A stretch of 64,000 nucleotides of DNA from Gammaproteobacteria bacterium. GTDB taxonomy: Bacteria; Pseudomonadota; Gammaproteobacteria; Pseudomonadales; Azotimanducaceae. The notes below the pieces were generated by a model. It ran no database searches and had not been told where the DNA came from. It was given only the letters and a program-made list of their open reading frames with translations. The position numbers and the translations under genes are program-made. The stretch lies in the NCBI GenBank assembly GCA_005799745.1, contig SYFY01000120.1, positions 24,126-88,125 of the forward strand. Reading direction: 5' to 3'. This document shows positions 28,937 through 37,840 of the stretch, in pieces. The first letter of the stretch is position 1; the number at the start of each line of letters is the position of its first letter.

Positions 28937-30028
28937 TCAAATGAGTTCAGTCGCTTCGAGCGTCAACCCAAAACCTTGAATGCCGACGAAGTCGACTTCG
29001 CGACCCGCGATCAACCGGAGTTTCTGTACCCCAAGGTCCCGCAGGATCTGCGCGCCTACTCCGATCTCAAGCCACTCAGCCTTACGCGCGTTTTCTTTGC
29101 TGCTGTTTTCCAGATGCTCCATGGGAACACCGACAAAACCGGAGCGCAGATAAATCACCACTCCACCGCCGAGTTTTCCGATACGGTCGAGAGATGCATC
29201 GAGCAGATTGTTTTGGTGTTCTGACTGTGGACCAAACACATCCTCGATCAGCTTTTCCCGGTGAATTCGCACCGGAATCGCCTTGGTCGGACTGATGTTG
29301 CCAAACACCAGCGCGAGGTGTTCCGCATCTTCGAACTTGGTGCGATAGGCGATGGCGCGCGCCGCACCGATACGTGTTTTCACCTTGAACTCGCCTGCCT
29401 TCTCCACCAACTGCTCACGGCGTTGGCGATAGGCAATCAGATCAGCGATGGAAATGATCTTGAGTTTGTGGTGTTTCGCGAATTCGAGCAGCTGTGGCAG
29501 ACGCTGCACCGTGCCATCGTCATTCACGAGTTCAGCGAGCAGCGACACCGGTGGCAGACCAGCGAGGATCGACAGATCCACACCCGCTTCGGTATGGCCT
29601 GAACGCACCAGCACACCACCTTGTCGTGCAACGAGGGGGAAGATGTGACCCGGGCGAACAAAGTCTTCGGCACCGGTGTTGCTGTTCGCAAGCGCTTGGC
29701 AAGTTGCCGCCCGCTCATCCGCAGAGATACCCGTCGTCAGGCCATGTTTGAAGTCGATGGAGACGGTGAATGCGGTACTCATCGGGGCGTTGTTGCGAGC
29801 AACCATCGGGTCGAGGTGCAGCCTTTTCGCCTGATCTTCAAGAATGGGCGTGCACAAGATGCCGCTGGTATGGCGAATCATGAACGCCACGCGCTCGGCG
29901 GTGGCCTTGCTCGCCGCCATGATCAGGTCGCCTTCATTCTCGCGGTCGTCATCATCCACCACCACGACCATTTCACCGGCCTGGATGGCTTCAATGGCTG
30001 ATTCAACCGTATCGAACTGCGCGCTCAT
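28937..30028 (-). CDS. ribB: 3,4-dihydroxy-2-butanone-4-phosphate synthase fused to a degenerate GTP-cyclohydrolase-II-like domain (RibBX type)
   Basis: VVVVDDDDRENEGDLIMAA..., RPGHIFPL..., GHTEAGVDL. The C-terminal domain aligns to RibA but lacks the zinc-binding cysteines (VRIHREKLIEDVFGPQSEHQNNLLDASL). Confidence 0.9.
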   Translation of the reverse strand: MSAQFDTVESAIEAIQAGEMVVVVDDDDRENEGDLIMAASKATAERVAFMIRHTSGILCTPILEDQAKRLHLDPMVARNNAPMSTAFTVSIDFKHGLTTGISADERAATCQALANSNTGAEDFVRPGHIFPLVARQGGVLVRSGHTEAGVDLSILAGLPPVSLLAELVNDDGTVQRLPQLLEFAKHHKLKIISIADLIAYRQRREQLVEKAGEFKVKTRIGAARAIAYRTKFEDAEHLALVFGNISPTKAIPVRIHREKLIEDVFGPQSEHQNNLLDASLDRIGKLGGGVVIYLRSGFVGVPMEHLENSSKENARKAEWLEIGVGAQILRDLGVQKLRLIAGREVDFVGIQGFGLTLEATELI

Positions 30029-30122
30029 CTTGCGTCTCTATGTCAAAAATGCGGAGGAGCAGCTTAACCAGAGGAGCTTCTGACTCATAGGATATTTTCG
30101 TCAGGGCGAGGCGGGCACCGCG

Positions 30123-30160
30123 AAGAAAAAACCGCAGATACGCTGTAAATCTGCGGTTTT
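30123..30160 (-). terminator. Rho-independent terminator after the CoA-transferase gene
   Basis: AACCGCAGAT acgctgtaa ATCTGCGGTT (30130..30158). On the minus strand the hairpin is followed by TTTTTTCTT. Confidence 0.7.
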
Positions 30161-30215
30161 CTGCAGCGTTAACCAATGAAGCCCTGGCGGAAATAGATAT
30201 GCGTCCGAAGCTCCT

Positions 30216-31415
30216 TCAGATGGCTTCGGCGGCACGCAGACGTGCGATTTCCGAATCATCCACGCCAGCAAGCTCTTTGAGAATTCGATCCGTGTCGGTC
30301 CCCAGTTCAGGCACGTCGGTAAGTTCTGGAGGGTTCAACCCTCGAAAGCGTAGCGGAGTCTGCATCTGCGGGATCTCGCCGAATCCTGCATGAGGCCGCC
30401 ACTTGAGCGTGCCGCGGGCGAGCATTTGAGGATCACGTATGACGTCGGCCAGGTCATTCACCGGCGCGCAGATGACCCCATGATCCTGCGCCCGCGCGAA
30501 GACTTCGAGCTTCGGCAAGGTTTGCGACCAAACCCCAATCACCGCATCGAGGGCCATCATGTTCTTACAGCGTGCGGCGTTGGTTGAGAAACGTTCATCG
30601 TCCGCCAACTGCGGTTGACCCATCGCCTCGCACAGGTTGCGAAAGTGACCTTCACGAATGCATATGACGGCGACATAACCGTCTTTCGCGGGATAGACGT
30701 TATACGGCGCAAGCGCCAAACCCGAATGACGGTTGCCCCGTCGTGGACCCTGTTTACCGCCAGCCACAAAAAACGAACCGAGCGCCGTGGCGAGGGTCGG
30801 GAATACACAATCCTGCATCGAGATATCGACCACTGAACCTTTGCCCGTGCGTGATCGCTGATGCAGTGCCGTGAGCACGCCCGCGTAGAGATGGGTGCCA
30901 CCCAGAAAATCAGCAAATGCGGCAGCGGTCTTGAGGGGTGGACCATCCCCTTCGCCCGTGGTGCTCATGACGCCTGACATCGCTTGCAAGGTGATGTCCA
31001 TGCCAAGGTAATCACGATAAGGACCACTTGCGCCGTAACCGGTGGATGCGGCATAGATGAGGCGCGAGTTGATGGCACAGAGCACCGCCGAGCCAATGCC
31101 ATATTTGTCCATCGTGCCGGGAGCAAAATTCTCGGTCACCACATCCACATGCTGAACAAGTTTCTTCAGCAGCGCTTGGCCATCAGGCGATTGAATATTG
31201 AGCGTGATGCACTGCTTGTTGGTGTTGAGCAGCGCAAAGGGATAACTCGAGGGTGCAGCTTTTCCACGTGTACGCAAGGTTTCGCCGATACGTGACTCCA
31301 CCTTGATCACCCGCGCTCCAGCTTGCGCGAGCAGGAAACCACAATATGGACCGTTATAAACCTGACCGAAGTCCAGGACGGTTATATCGGCCAAGGGCTG
31401 ATCATTCTGCGTCAC
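30216..31415 (-). CDS. family III CoA-transferase (CaiB/BaiF)
   Basis: ITVLDFGQVYNGPYCGFLLAQAGARVIKVE, VVTENFAPGTMDKYG, GYGASGPY. Confidence 0.9.
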   Translation of the reverse strand: MTQNDQPLADITVLDFGQVYNGPYCGFLLAQAGARVIKVESRIGETLRTRGKAAPSSYPFALLNTNKQCITLNIQSPDGQALLKKLVQHVDVVTENFAPGTMDKYGIGSAVLCAINSRLIYAASTGYGASGPYRDYLGMDITLQAMSGVMSTTGEGDGPPLKTAAAFADFLGGTHLYAGVLTALHQRSRTGKGSVVDISMQDCVFPTLATALGSFFVAGGKQGPRRGNRHSGLALAPYNVYPAKDGYVAVICIREGHFRNLCEAMGQPQLADDERFSTNAARCKNMMALDAVIGVWSQTLPKLEVFARAQDHGVICAPVNDLADVIRDPQMLARGTLKWRPHAGFGEIPQMQTPLRFRGLNPPELTDVPELGTDTDRILKELAGVDDSEIARLRAAEAI

Positions 31416-31441
31416 GAAACTACTCCTCTTTCAATACGCGT

Positions 31442-32368
31442 CTAACAAGCAAGTCGACGGATCTCTGCTTCGAGACTCGCATAATCAGCAAAACCAGTCT
31501 CCGCGGCGACATCACTCGCCCAGATCACATCCAGACCCTGGCTCACGGCCTCTGGCAACTCTTGCACGTGACCACCTGCCCCGCCTTTACGTACTTTGGC
31601 GGAATCGCTGCCACGCGGCAGACCACCGGCCGTTTCCGACAGTTCCCGTAACATCGCGTCATCAAAACGATCTTTGTAGCGCAGCATGTAAGGCAACGAC
31701 GTCCGCTCGAGGGCCAGCTGCAGCACGTTGTCGTCGAGTTCGATGCCACTAAACGCCGCCAATCGCGCGATGGCTAACGCCGGATCGTCGACCATGTGTT
31801 CGTAGGACAACAACAGCACATCGGGATTGTTGCGTTGGTTCCACCAGCTTAAAAGGTGTGACCAGTAATCGCGACCTTTGCCCCGTCGACCACTGCGCGC
31901 ATCAAACCACTCCTCATAGCTGATGCTGCCAGGCTCAAAGTACCAACCTTCCATAAATCGATAGCCGGACACGAAGGCGTCCTTCGGATCACGCAGAGAG
32001 ACCACATACTTCGCGCCCTTGGGTACCTCATTCCACGACGCATGGCTTTTGAAGCCGCGGGGCTCACCACGCTGGGCTGCATTGATATCGATGCCCACCA
32101 TAGCCGCAGTTTCGATCCACGGCACGACACGGGAGATGTCATCAAAGTCCATATCGCCTCGTGTGCGCAACGTGTGAAACGTCTGCTGCAACCAGGTGGT
32201 TCCACACTTACCGAAGGGCGTGATGATGATGTCGGTCGGCCGGGGTCGATACGCCTTGATGGACTCCATGATTTTTTCCATGGAAAACGTGCGCGCATCG
32301 AGTTCGGCCATTTCAGCCATGGTGCGGGCGCGGCGACCACTGAACGTCTGCGTCATGACGCGAGTCAA
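31442..32368 (-). CDS. sulfotransferase domain protein (PAPS-dependent type)
   Basis: 5'-PSB loop TPFGKCGTTW and 3'-PB motif VVSLRDPKDAFVS. Ends 26 nt upstream of the CoA-transferase start. Confidence 0.8.
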   Translation of the reverse strand: MTRVMTQTFSGRRARTMAEMAELDARTFSMEKIMESIKAYRPRPTDIIITPFGKCGTTWLQQTFHTLRTRGDMDFDDISRVVPWIETAAMVGIDINAAQRGEPRGFKSHASWNEVPKGAKYVVSLRDPKDAFVSGYRFMEGWYFEPGSISYEEWFDARSGRRGKGRDYWSHLLSWWNQRNNPDVLLLSYEHMVDDPALAIARLAAFSGIELDDNVLQLALERTSLPYMLRYKDRFDDAMLRELSETAGGLPRGSDSAKVRKGGAGGHVQELPEAVSQGLDVIWASDVAAETGFADYASLEAEIRRLAC

Positions 32369-32494
32369 TCCACTGCTACTGATGGCGGACAGTGTAGCTC
32401 AGCGATCCCACTCGCCACAGGGCGCGGCTGGACGTGCACACCACCCTCCCTCATGCTTACACGCATCGATGACCTGAAACTGGGCACTTAATCC

Positions 32495-33544
32495 ATGATC
32501 GCCCAAGTCGCAGCAGTCCTTGCCGCACTGATCTACCTGCTGCCGGTGCAGTTTCTTCTGCGTAAAAGTAGAAGCAAACACTCAAGTCTCGGCGGCTTTA
32601 TCGCTGAGATGGTCACACTGATCCCCATGTGGCTACTCATGGCAACCAGCATGCTTCTGGTCATCAGCGATGGCGCGTTTGACGACTTGTTGGCACCGCG
32701 ATCATTGGCAATGGGCGTGACTGCAGCGGGGATGGTGGTGATGATGGTCCTGTCGTTCTACCGGTTTGAACCGGTGCTCGGCTATCACAGCGGCATCTTG
32801 CTGATGCTCGCGCTGCATATCCTTACCTTGTTGACGCTGGTGGTTTTGCTCCTGATTTTCGCATCTGACCGCGTAACGTCAGGGTTGGTATTCACCGCCA
32901 AACTGATCTGGCTCGGGTGTGCGCTCGCCTGTCTGGCAGTCAGTATTCCGGGAATCCTGTTTTTTCTGATCCGTTGGATGTGGTTTCGGACCAGCCGCTT
33001 TACACGACTGCTGATTGGCGGACGAGACAAGTCGTCCGCACATCTCGATGAAATCGCAACACTCGATCCTTCGGCAGATTTTTCAGACCTGCTCCGCATG
33101 ACCAATCCTTTTTATGCGGTTCGCGTTCGTTCCGCCGCAGCGGCTCGGCTGCGATCTGCGCCGGACGTCGTGGATCAAACGCTTGCAGCGTTACAGGGAG
33201 ACCGAGTTGAGAACGCGCTCTGTGGGCTTGCGTACATGTCCTTTACACCGGAAGAACAAGCTCGACTGTCCGGCCCCGCATGCGCTGCGTTTCGGCAACT
33301 CGCGGATGAAGCACAGGAGAATTTTGCACAAATTCCGGCCTTCGCCCGCTTTGAGCACTACTCACGCGGATTACCAGCGAGCGTATGGCACAGCGCTTTG
33401 ACATTTCCCCCCCCTGTTCACTTCCTGCACGGGGTTGGCAGCGCCAGCAGTGCACTCTATTTTGATTTAGCAGGAAGTGAGCCCGCGAATTTCAAGCTGG
33501 TTTGCATCCAACGCCGAAGCGCCTGCGTCGATGTGCAGGCTTGA
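32495..33544 (+). CDS. hypothetical integral membrane protein (about 5 TM helices plus a soluble C-terminal domain)
   Basis: Hydrophobic N-terminal half, then a soluble half. No family recognised. The last 88 nt overlap the convergent TfoX-domain gene. Confidence 0.55.
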   Translation: MIAQVAAVLAALIYLLPVQFLLRKSRSKHSSLGGFIAEMVTLIPMWLLMATSMLLVISDGAFDDLLAPRSLAMGVTAAGMVVMMVLSFYRFEPVLGYHSGILLMLALHILTLLTLVVLLLIFASDRVTSGLVFTAKLIWLGCALACLAVSIPGILFFLIRWMWFRTSRFTRLLIGGRDKSSAHLDEIATLDPSADFSDLLRMTNPFYAVRVRSAAAARLRSAPDVVDQTLAALQGDRVENALCGLAYMSFTPEEQARLSGPACAAFRQLADEAQENFAQIPAFARFEHYSRGLPASVWHSALTFPPPVHFLHGVGSASSALYFDLAGSEPANFKLVCIQRRSACVDVQA

Positions 33545-33807
33545 GCGCGAACGAGAAGCCAACCTTTAAGTGGCCATGCGCCAAGATCAAAGACCCTGAC
33601 GTGCGCTTGTTTGAGCGCTTCGCTGGCGACCTCTGGTGTTGTTCTCACGATGACCTCGTCACCATGAATACCCAGCGCAAGGTGACCGTTCACTATGAAC
33701 ACCACACCACCAAACATCTTTTTTTCGGCGACGTTTGGATACGTCTCAAGTTCGGCCCTCAATCGGGCTAACAACGAAGGATCAGGTGGCATCACTCGTT
33801 TCTCCAT
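33457..33807 (-). CDS. TfoX N-terminal domain protein
   Basis: EKKMFGGVVFIVNGHLALGIHGDEVIVR matches the TfoX_N core from memory. Confidence 0.7.
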   Translation of the reverse strand: MEKRVMPPDPSLLARLRAELETYPNVAEKKMFGGVVFIVNGHLALGIHGDEVIVRTTPEVASEALKQAHVRVFDLGAWPLKGWLLVRAQACTSTQALRRWMQTSLKFAGSLPAKSK

Positions 33808-33822
33808 ATTGCGTTGCAGCTC

Positions 33823-34725
33823 TCAACGAGCGCCACCAAAGGACTGAGCCGCCAACGCATCTAAGGACCGAGTGTCGATTTGACCCGCCAAGCCGATCGC
33901 GACGAGGCGTGTACCGAGGCCGACGTTGTTCATCGACGTGATTTGTACGCGTCTGCCTACCACCTGCAACTGCAATCCCGAACCACTCGGGCCACCGCTA
34001 GTACCTTTGGCACGGATCACCGTCGCATCCAGTCCTTCTGCAAAAAATTCCAGTTGTTCCCGCGTAACAGGATCGTTCAGCACGTGATTCCAGCTTGTGT
34101 AGTGCGCATGCTCCGGGAACAGGAACTCAGATCTTCTTTCATGCATCGGTTGCCCGGCCAGCACCGGAAGTGGCAGCTCACACCGCACTGAAGAAACTAC
34201 CCGAACTTTCGGGTGGGCCTGCTTCAGCCACTCGAAACAAGCCTTCAGCACTGAAGGATCGATCAAGTCTACTTTGTTCAAGATCACGAGGTCTGCTGAA
34301 TTGATTTGTCGCCGAACGGTTTGGCCGACATAACGGTCATTCACTTTTTCAAGCAGCGTCTCCACATCAACAACTACCAGCACGCCATCAAGGAAAAGCC
34401 CAGGAAGATGACCGTACTGCGCGAGCTGGTTCACCTCGGCCACGCCACTCGCCTCAACGACGATGTGTTCGGGTGGAGTTTCCAGCGCGAGCAGCTGATC
34501 GACTGCATTCAAAAAGCCATCTGCGAGAGAACAACAGATACAACCATTGGTAAGCGTGATCGTCGTTTCGCCACGGGATGCAATCAGTTCCGCGTCGATG
34601 TTGATGGCACCGAAGTCATTGATCAGAACACCGAAACGCCGACCACTCGATTGAGTGAGGAAGTGGTTTAACAGCGTGGTCTTTCCCGCACCGAGATAAC
34701 CACCAATGACCGTAAACGCGATCAT
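33823..34725 (-). CDS. COG0523 (CobW/HypB/UreG-type) metallochaperone GTPase
   Basis: P-loop GGYLGAGKTTLLN, metal motif GCICCS, NKVDL. The start ATG at 34725 overlaps the upstream stop as TGATG. The track start at 34767 is an upstream alternative. Confidence 0.9.
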   Translation of the reverse strand: MIAFTVIGGYLGAGKTTLLNHFLTQSSGRRFGVLINDFGAINIDAELIASRGETTITLTNGCICCSLADGFLNAVDQLLALETPPEHIVVEASGVAEVNQLAQYGHLPGLFLDGVLVVVDVETLLEKVNDRYVGQTVRRQINSADLVILNKVDLIDPSVLKACFEWLKQAHPKVRVVSSVRCELPLPVLAGQPMHERRSEFLFPEHAHYTSWNHVLNDPVTREQLEFFAEGLDATVIRAKGTSGGPSGSGLQLQVVGRRVQITSMNNVGLGTRLVAIGLAGQIDTRSLDALAAQSFGGAR

Positions 34726-36389
34726 CACGCGGCCTTGAAAACCCGACCACCCAGCACCGTACCCCATACCTTGATGTCGCGAATCACCATAGGCTCGACC
34801 GCAAGCGGATCGTCATGAAGCACAGCAAAATCCGCTTGTTTTCCGGCTTCCAGAGAGCCGACCTCGTGATCAAGGTGCAATTGATACGCCGCATCGATGG
34901 TGGCAGCTTTCAGTGCTTGCGCTGGGGTGATGCGTTCCAAGGGTCCGAGCACTCTTCCCTTGGGTGTCACCCGATTTACCGCGCACCACATCGTATGCAA
35001 CGGTCCGAGAGGTGTAACACCCGCGTCCGAATGGAACGAAAAGGACACACCTTCCCTCAATGCGGATGCACAGGGTTCCAGCGCATTCGCCCGTTCGGGG
35101 CCCACGGTGATCTCGTAGTGTTGATCGCCCCAATACCAAAGGTGATTAGTGAAGAAATTCGCGCAGAGCCCGAGCTTCGCCATCTTGCGCAGCTGCGCTT
35201 GGGTGGTGAGCTGCGCATGGGTGATCGTGTGGCGGTGATCGGGATGTGGCGCAATCTTCAGGAGCGCCTCGATGGTTTCAATGGCAAGGTCTTGCGTGCG
35301 GTTACCGTTGCAGTGCATGTGAATACTCAAACCCGCTCGGTGGAACGGCAACATCCAGTCAACGAGTTGATCCGGCACCGCCAACAGTTGGCCGTGGTCT
35401 TCGCCACTGAAGTATCCCGGCTGATTCAGCAGTGCAGTAAAACCCTGAATTGATCCATCCAACACGAACTTCACACCGAGAAAACGCAGCCGCTCACTCC
35501 CAGATTTCTTGAGTTTCACAAATTCCTTCGCGATGGATTCAAAATCCGCCGTCGCACCAGGCATCGCCGGCAGATTGTATTGCGCGACGCGCAGCGGAAA
35601 GCTCTCGTCAATCGTGAGTGCGCGCCACCGCTCGAGTGCGTTGGGTGCGAGGATCGAAATGCCTCCGAGGTCCGTGCACGTGGTGATGCCCGCATTACGC
35701 GCCAGCGCTGCGAAGTTCTGAATCGCGAGTTCCGTCATGTTGGAACGCTGAATTTCGCGAAACGCACTGCGGCACAAGGACATCGCTGGCGGTTCACGCA
35801 GTTCACCATCAATTTCACCTGCGGCATCACGCGCGAGGCCTTCGATCTGGAGATCCTTGGTGATGTTGTTGAGCTTCAACATCGCCGTATTGGCGGTGGC
35901 GAGATGACCGTTGGCGTGGTGGATGAAGATCGGGCGCGTTGTCGACACCTGATCAAGGTGATGACGATTGAGGCGTGGTTGGTCCGGAAAATAAATCGGG
36001 TCAAAGCCCTCGGCGATCAGCTGTTCATCCGAGTCTGTCAGCGCTGCGTCTATCTCCCGTAATCGCGTGATTAACGCGGCATAAGATTTGATGCCGCGCG
36101 CCATCTGACCATCTGGCAAAGGTCGATCAAAAAAACCCACGTAGGGGCGCTGTAACATGCCACCTGCCATGACATGCGCATGACCTTCAACAAACCCAGG
36201 TACGATAACGTAGTCCGAAAACGTTTCGTCAATCACATGTTCGCCCCACCCTTTAACCTCATCGTACGTGCCCACACCCAGAATCATCCCGTCGCGCACG
36301 GCCACGTGCGTGCCGCAGGGGTTCGAAGGATTCATGGTGATGATCGTTCTGGCGCGGAAAATGGTGATCAACCGGTGCCTCCCAGACAC
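34725..36389 (-). CDS. amidohydrolase-3 (YtcJ-like metal-dependent hydrolase)
   Basis: ARTIITMNP..., PGFVEGHAHV, ...HCNGNR..., ...HAQL.... Alternative start TTG at 36371, preceded by GGGAGG. Confidence 0.85.
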   Translation of the reverse strand: MSGRHRLITIFRARTIITMNPSNPCGTHVAVRDGMILGVGTYDEVKGWGEHVIDETFSDYVIVPGFVEGHAHVMAGGMLQRPYVGFFDRPLPDGQMARGIKSYAALITRLREIDAALTDSDEQLIAEGFDPIYFPDQPRLNRHHLDQVSTTRPIFIHHANGHLATANTAMLKLNNITKDLQIEGLARDAAGEIDGELREPPAMSLCRSAFREIQRSNMTELAIQNFAALARNAGITTCTDLGGISILAPNALERWRALTIDESFPLRVAQYNLPAMPGATADFESIAKEFVKLKKSGSERLRFLGVKFVLDGSIQGFTALLNQPGYFSGEDHGQLLAVPDQLVDWMLPFHRAGLSIHMHCNGNRTQDLAIETIEALLKIAPHPDHRHTITHAQLTTQAQLRKMAKLGLCANFFTNHLWYWGDQHYEITVGPERANALEPCASALREGVSFSFHSDAGVTPLGPLHTMWCAVNRVTPKGRVLGPLERITPAQALKAATIDAAYQLHLDHEVGSLEAGKQADFAVLHDDPLAVEPMVIRDIKVWGTVLGGRVFKAA

Positions 36390-36446
36390 AACGAAACACG
36401 AGTGTAATCAATCATGCGCATTGGCAGGCATTGGAGGCTCGTGTAA

Positions 36447-37769
36447 AAGGGCGCGTCCTCGTTCTTGAAGAGCCAACCGATGCCTTTTTCCGGCCGCAAG
36501 CAGTCCAGCGCTGAGTTTCTGGCCCTCACGCAACAAGAGGTAGAAGCCGATTTCTGAGAAATTTTGAAGTCCGTTCCCGGTGCCCGCTTCACGATCGGCT
36601 TTGGTTATACCGGTGAAAAGCTCCAGCTCAATCTCACGGGAGATGATTCACATGCGCTGTCCCTTGCCGCTGAAAAGGTGATGGAAGAACTGCGTCAGAT
36701 CGAAGGCGTCGGTAACGTCATCTCGTCGGCGAGCTTGTTACGTCCAGAGATCATCATTCGTCCCGACTTTGCTGCAGCTGCAGAACTCGGTGTAAACGCC
36801 GCTGCCATCGGTGAAACCGTACAGGTCGCGACCGCTGGTGATTACACCGCTGCACTCGCGAAGCTCAATCTGCCGGAGCGTCAGGTCGATATCCGCGTGC
36901 AACTCCCGCTCGATTCACGCAAAGACCTCGAGACCATTCGCCAACTTCGAGTCCCTGGCAACAACGGACTTGTACCACTGTCTGCGGTCGCCGATGTCAG
37001 CGTTGGCTCCGGCCCTGCTCAAATCAAGCGATATGAACGCGCTCGTAACATTCAGATCGACGCAGAACTCGGCAAGATCCAGCTGGGCGACCTCTCCAAG
37101 ATGGTGGATACCCTGCCCGCTCTGCAGCATCTGCCCGCAGGCGTGCGCAAAGTGGAGGTGGGTGATGCGGAAAGGATGAAGGAAATGATGGGTGCGTTCG
37201 GCATGGCCATGGTCACCGGCATCCTTTGTGTGTTCATGGTGCTGGTGCTGCTGTTCAAGGACTTCATACAGCCAGTCACCATCCTTGCGGCGCTGCCGCT
37301 CTCAGTGGGTGGCGCGGTGATTGCGCTGCTCATTGCCAATGAACCTTTCAGCATGCCGGCGGTCATTGGCCTCGTAATGCTGATGGGCATCACTACCAAA
37401 AACTCCATCTTGCTGGTGGAGTACGCCGTAGTGGCGATGCGTGAACACGGCATGAACCTGCACGACGCCATGATTGATGCCTGCGGCAAACGCGCGCTCC
37501 CCATCATCATGACAACGCTCGCCATGGTGGCGGGCATGATGCCTGTAGCACTCGGACTAGATGCAGACACGAGCTTCCGCTCGCCCCTCGGGATTGTCGT
37601 TATCGGCGGCCTCATCACCTCAACGGTGCTGAGTCTGGTGGTGGTACCGGTGGTGTTCGAATACGTGGTGGCGCTGGAGAAGGTGCTCCGGCGATGGCTC
37701 CGGATTCCGGATCGCAAACACTACCCTGAGCTGGATGAGCCGATGCCCCCGGAGCCTGTGCGGGCCTGA
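36447..37769 (+). pseudogene. 5'-truncated RND efflux permease remnant (C-terminal ~40 percent only) with in-frame TGA 36555..36557
   Basis: Track ORF 36564..37769 begins in the periplasmic porter region (IPGARF-type: KSVPGARFTIGFG...LNLTGDD) and runs through the last five TM helices (GLVMLMGITTKNSILLVEYA...). The same frame is open upstream to the TAA at 36444 (..SAEFLALTQQEVEADF*EIL). About 650 N-terminal codons are absent. Confidence 0.8.
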
Positions 37770-37840
37770 CCTTGGCACCGCTGCAACTGGGGGCTCCAGG
37801 AATCCCCGGATGAAGATCGGAAGCAGGTTTGACCTCCGAT

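Noticed and set aside
30029-30215. FMN riboswitch upstream of ribB.
   Set aside because: I compared both strands with the conserved RFN strings from memory and found no match. The prominent hairpin, with flanking A and T tracts, is the terminator of the upstream CoA-transferase gene. Only a covariance-model scan could settle this.
6417-36557. Selenocysteine at the in-frame TGAs 6417, 9427 and 36555.
   Set aside because: None of these positions corresponds to a redox or catalytic Cys in the respective family. They fall in a loop of a hydrolase, a TM region, and an expected Arg in an RND porter domain.
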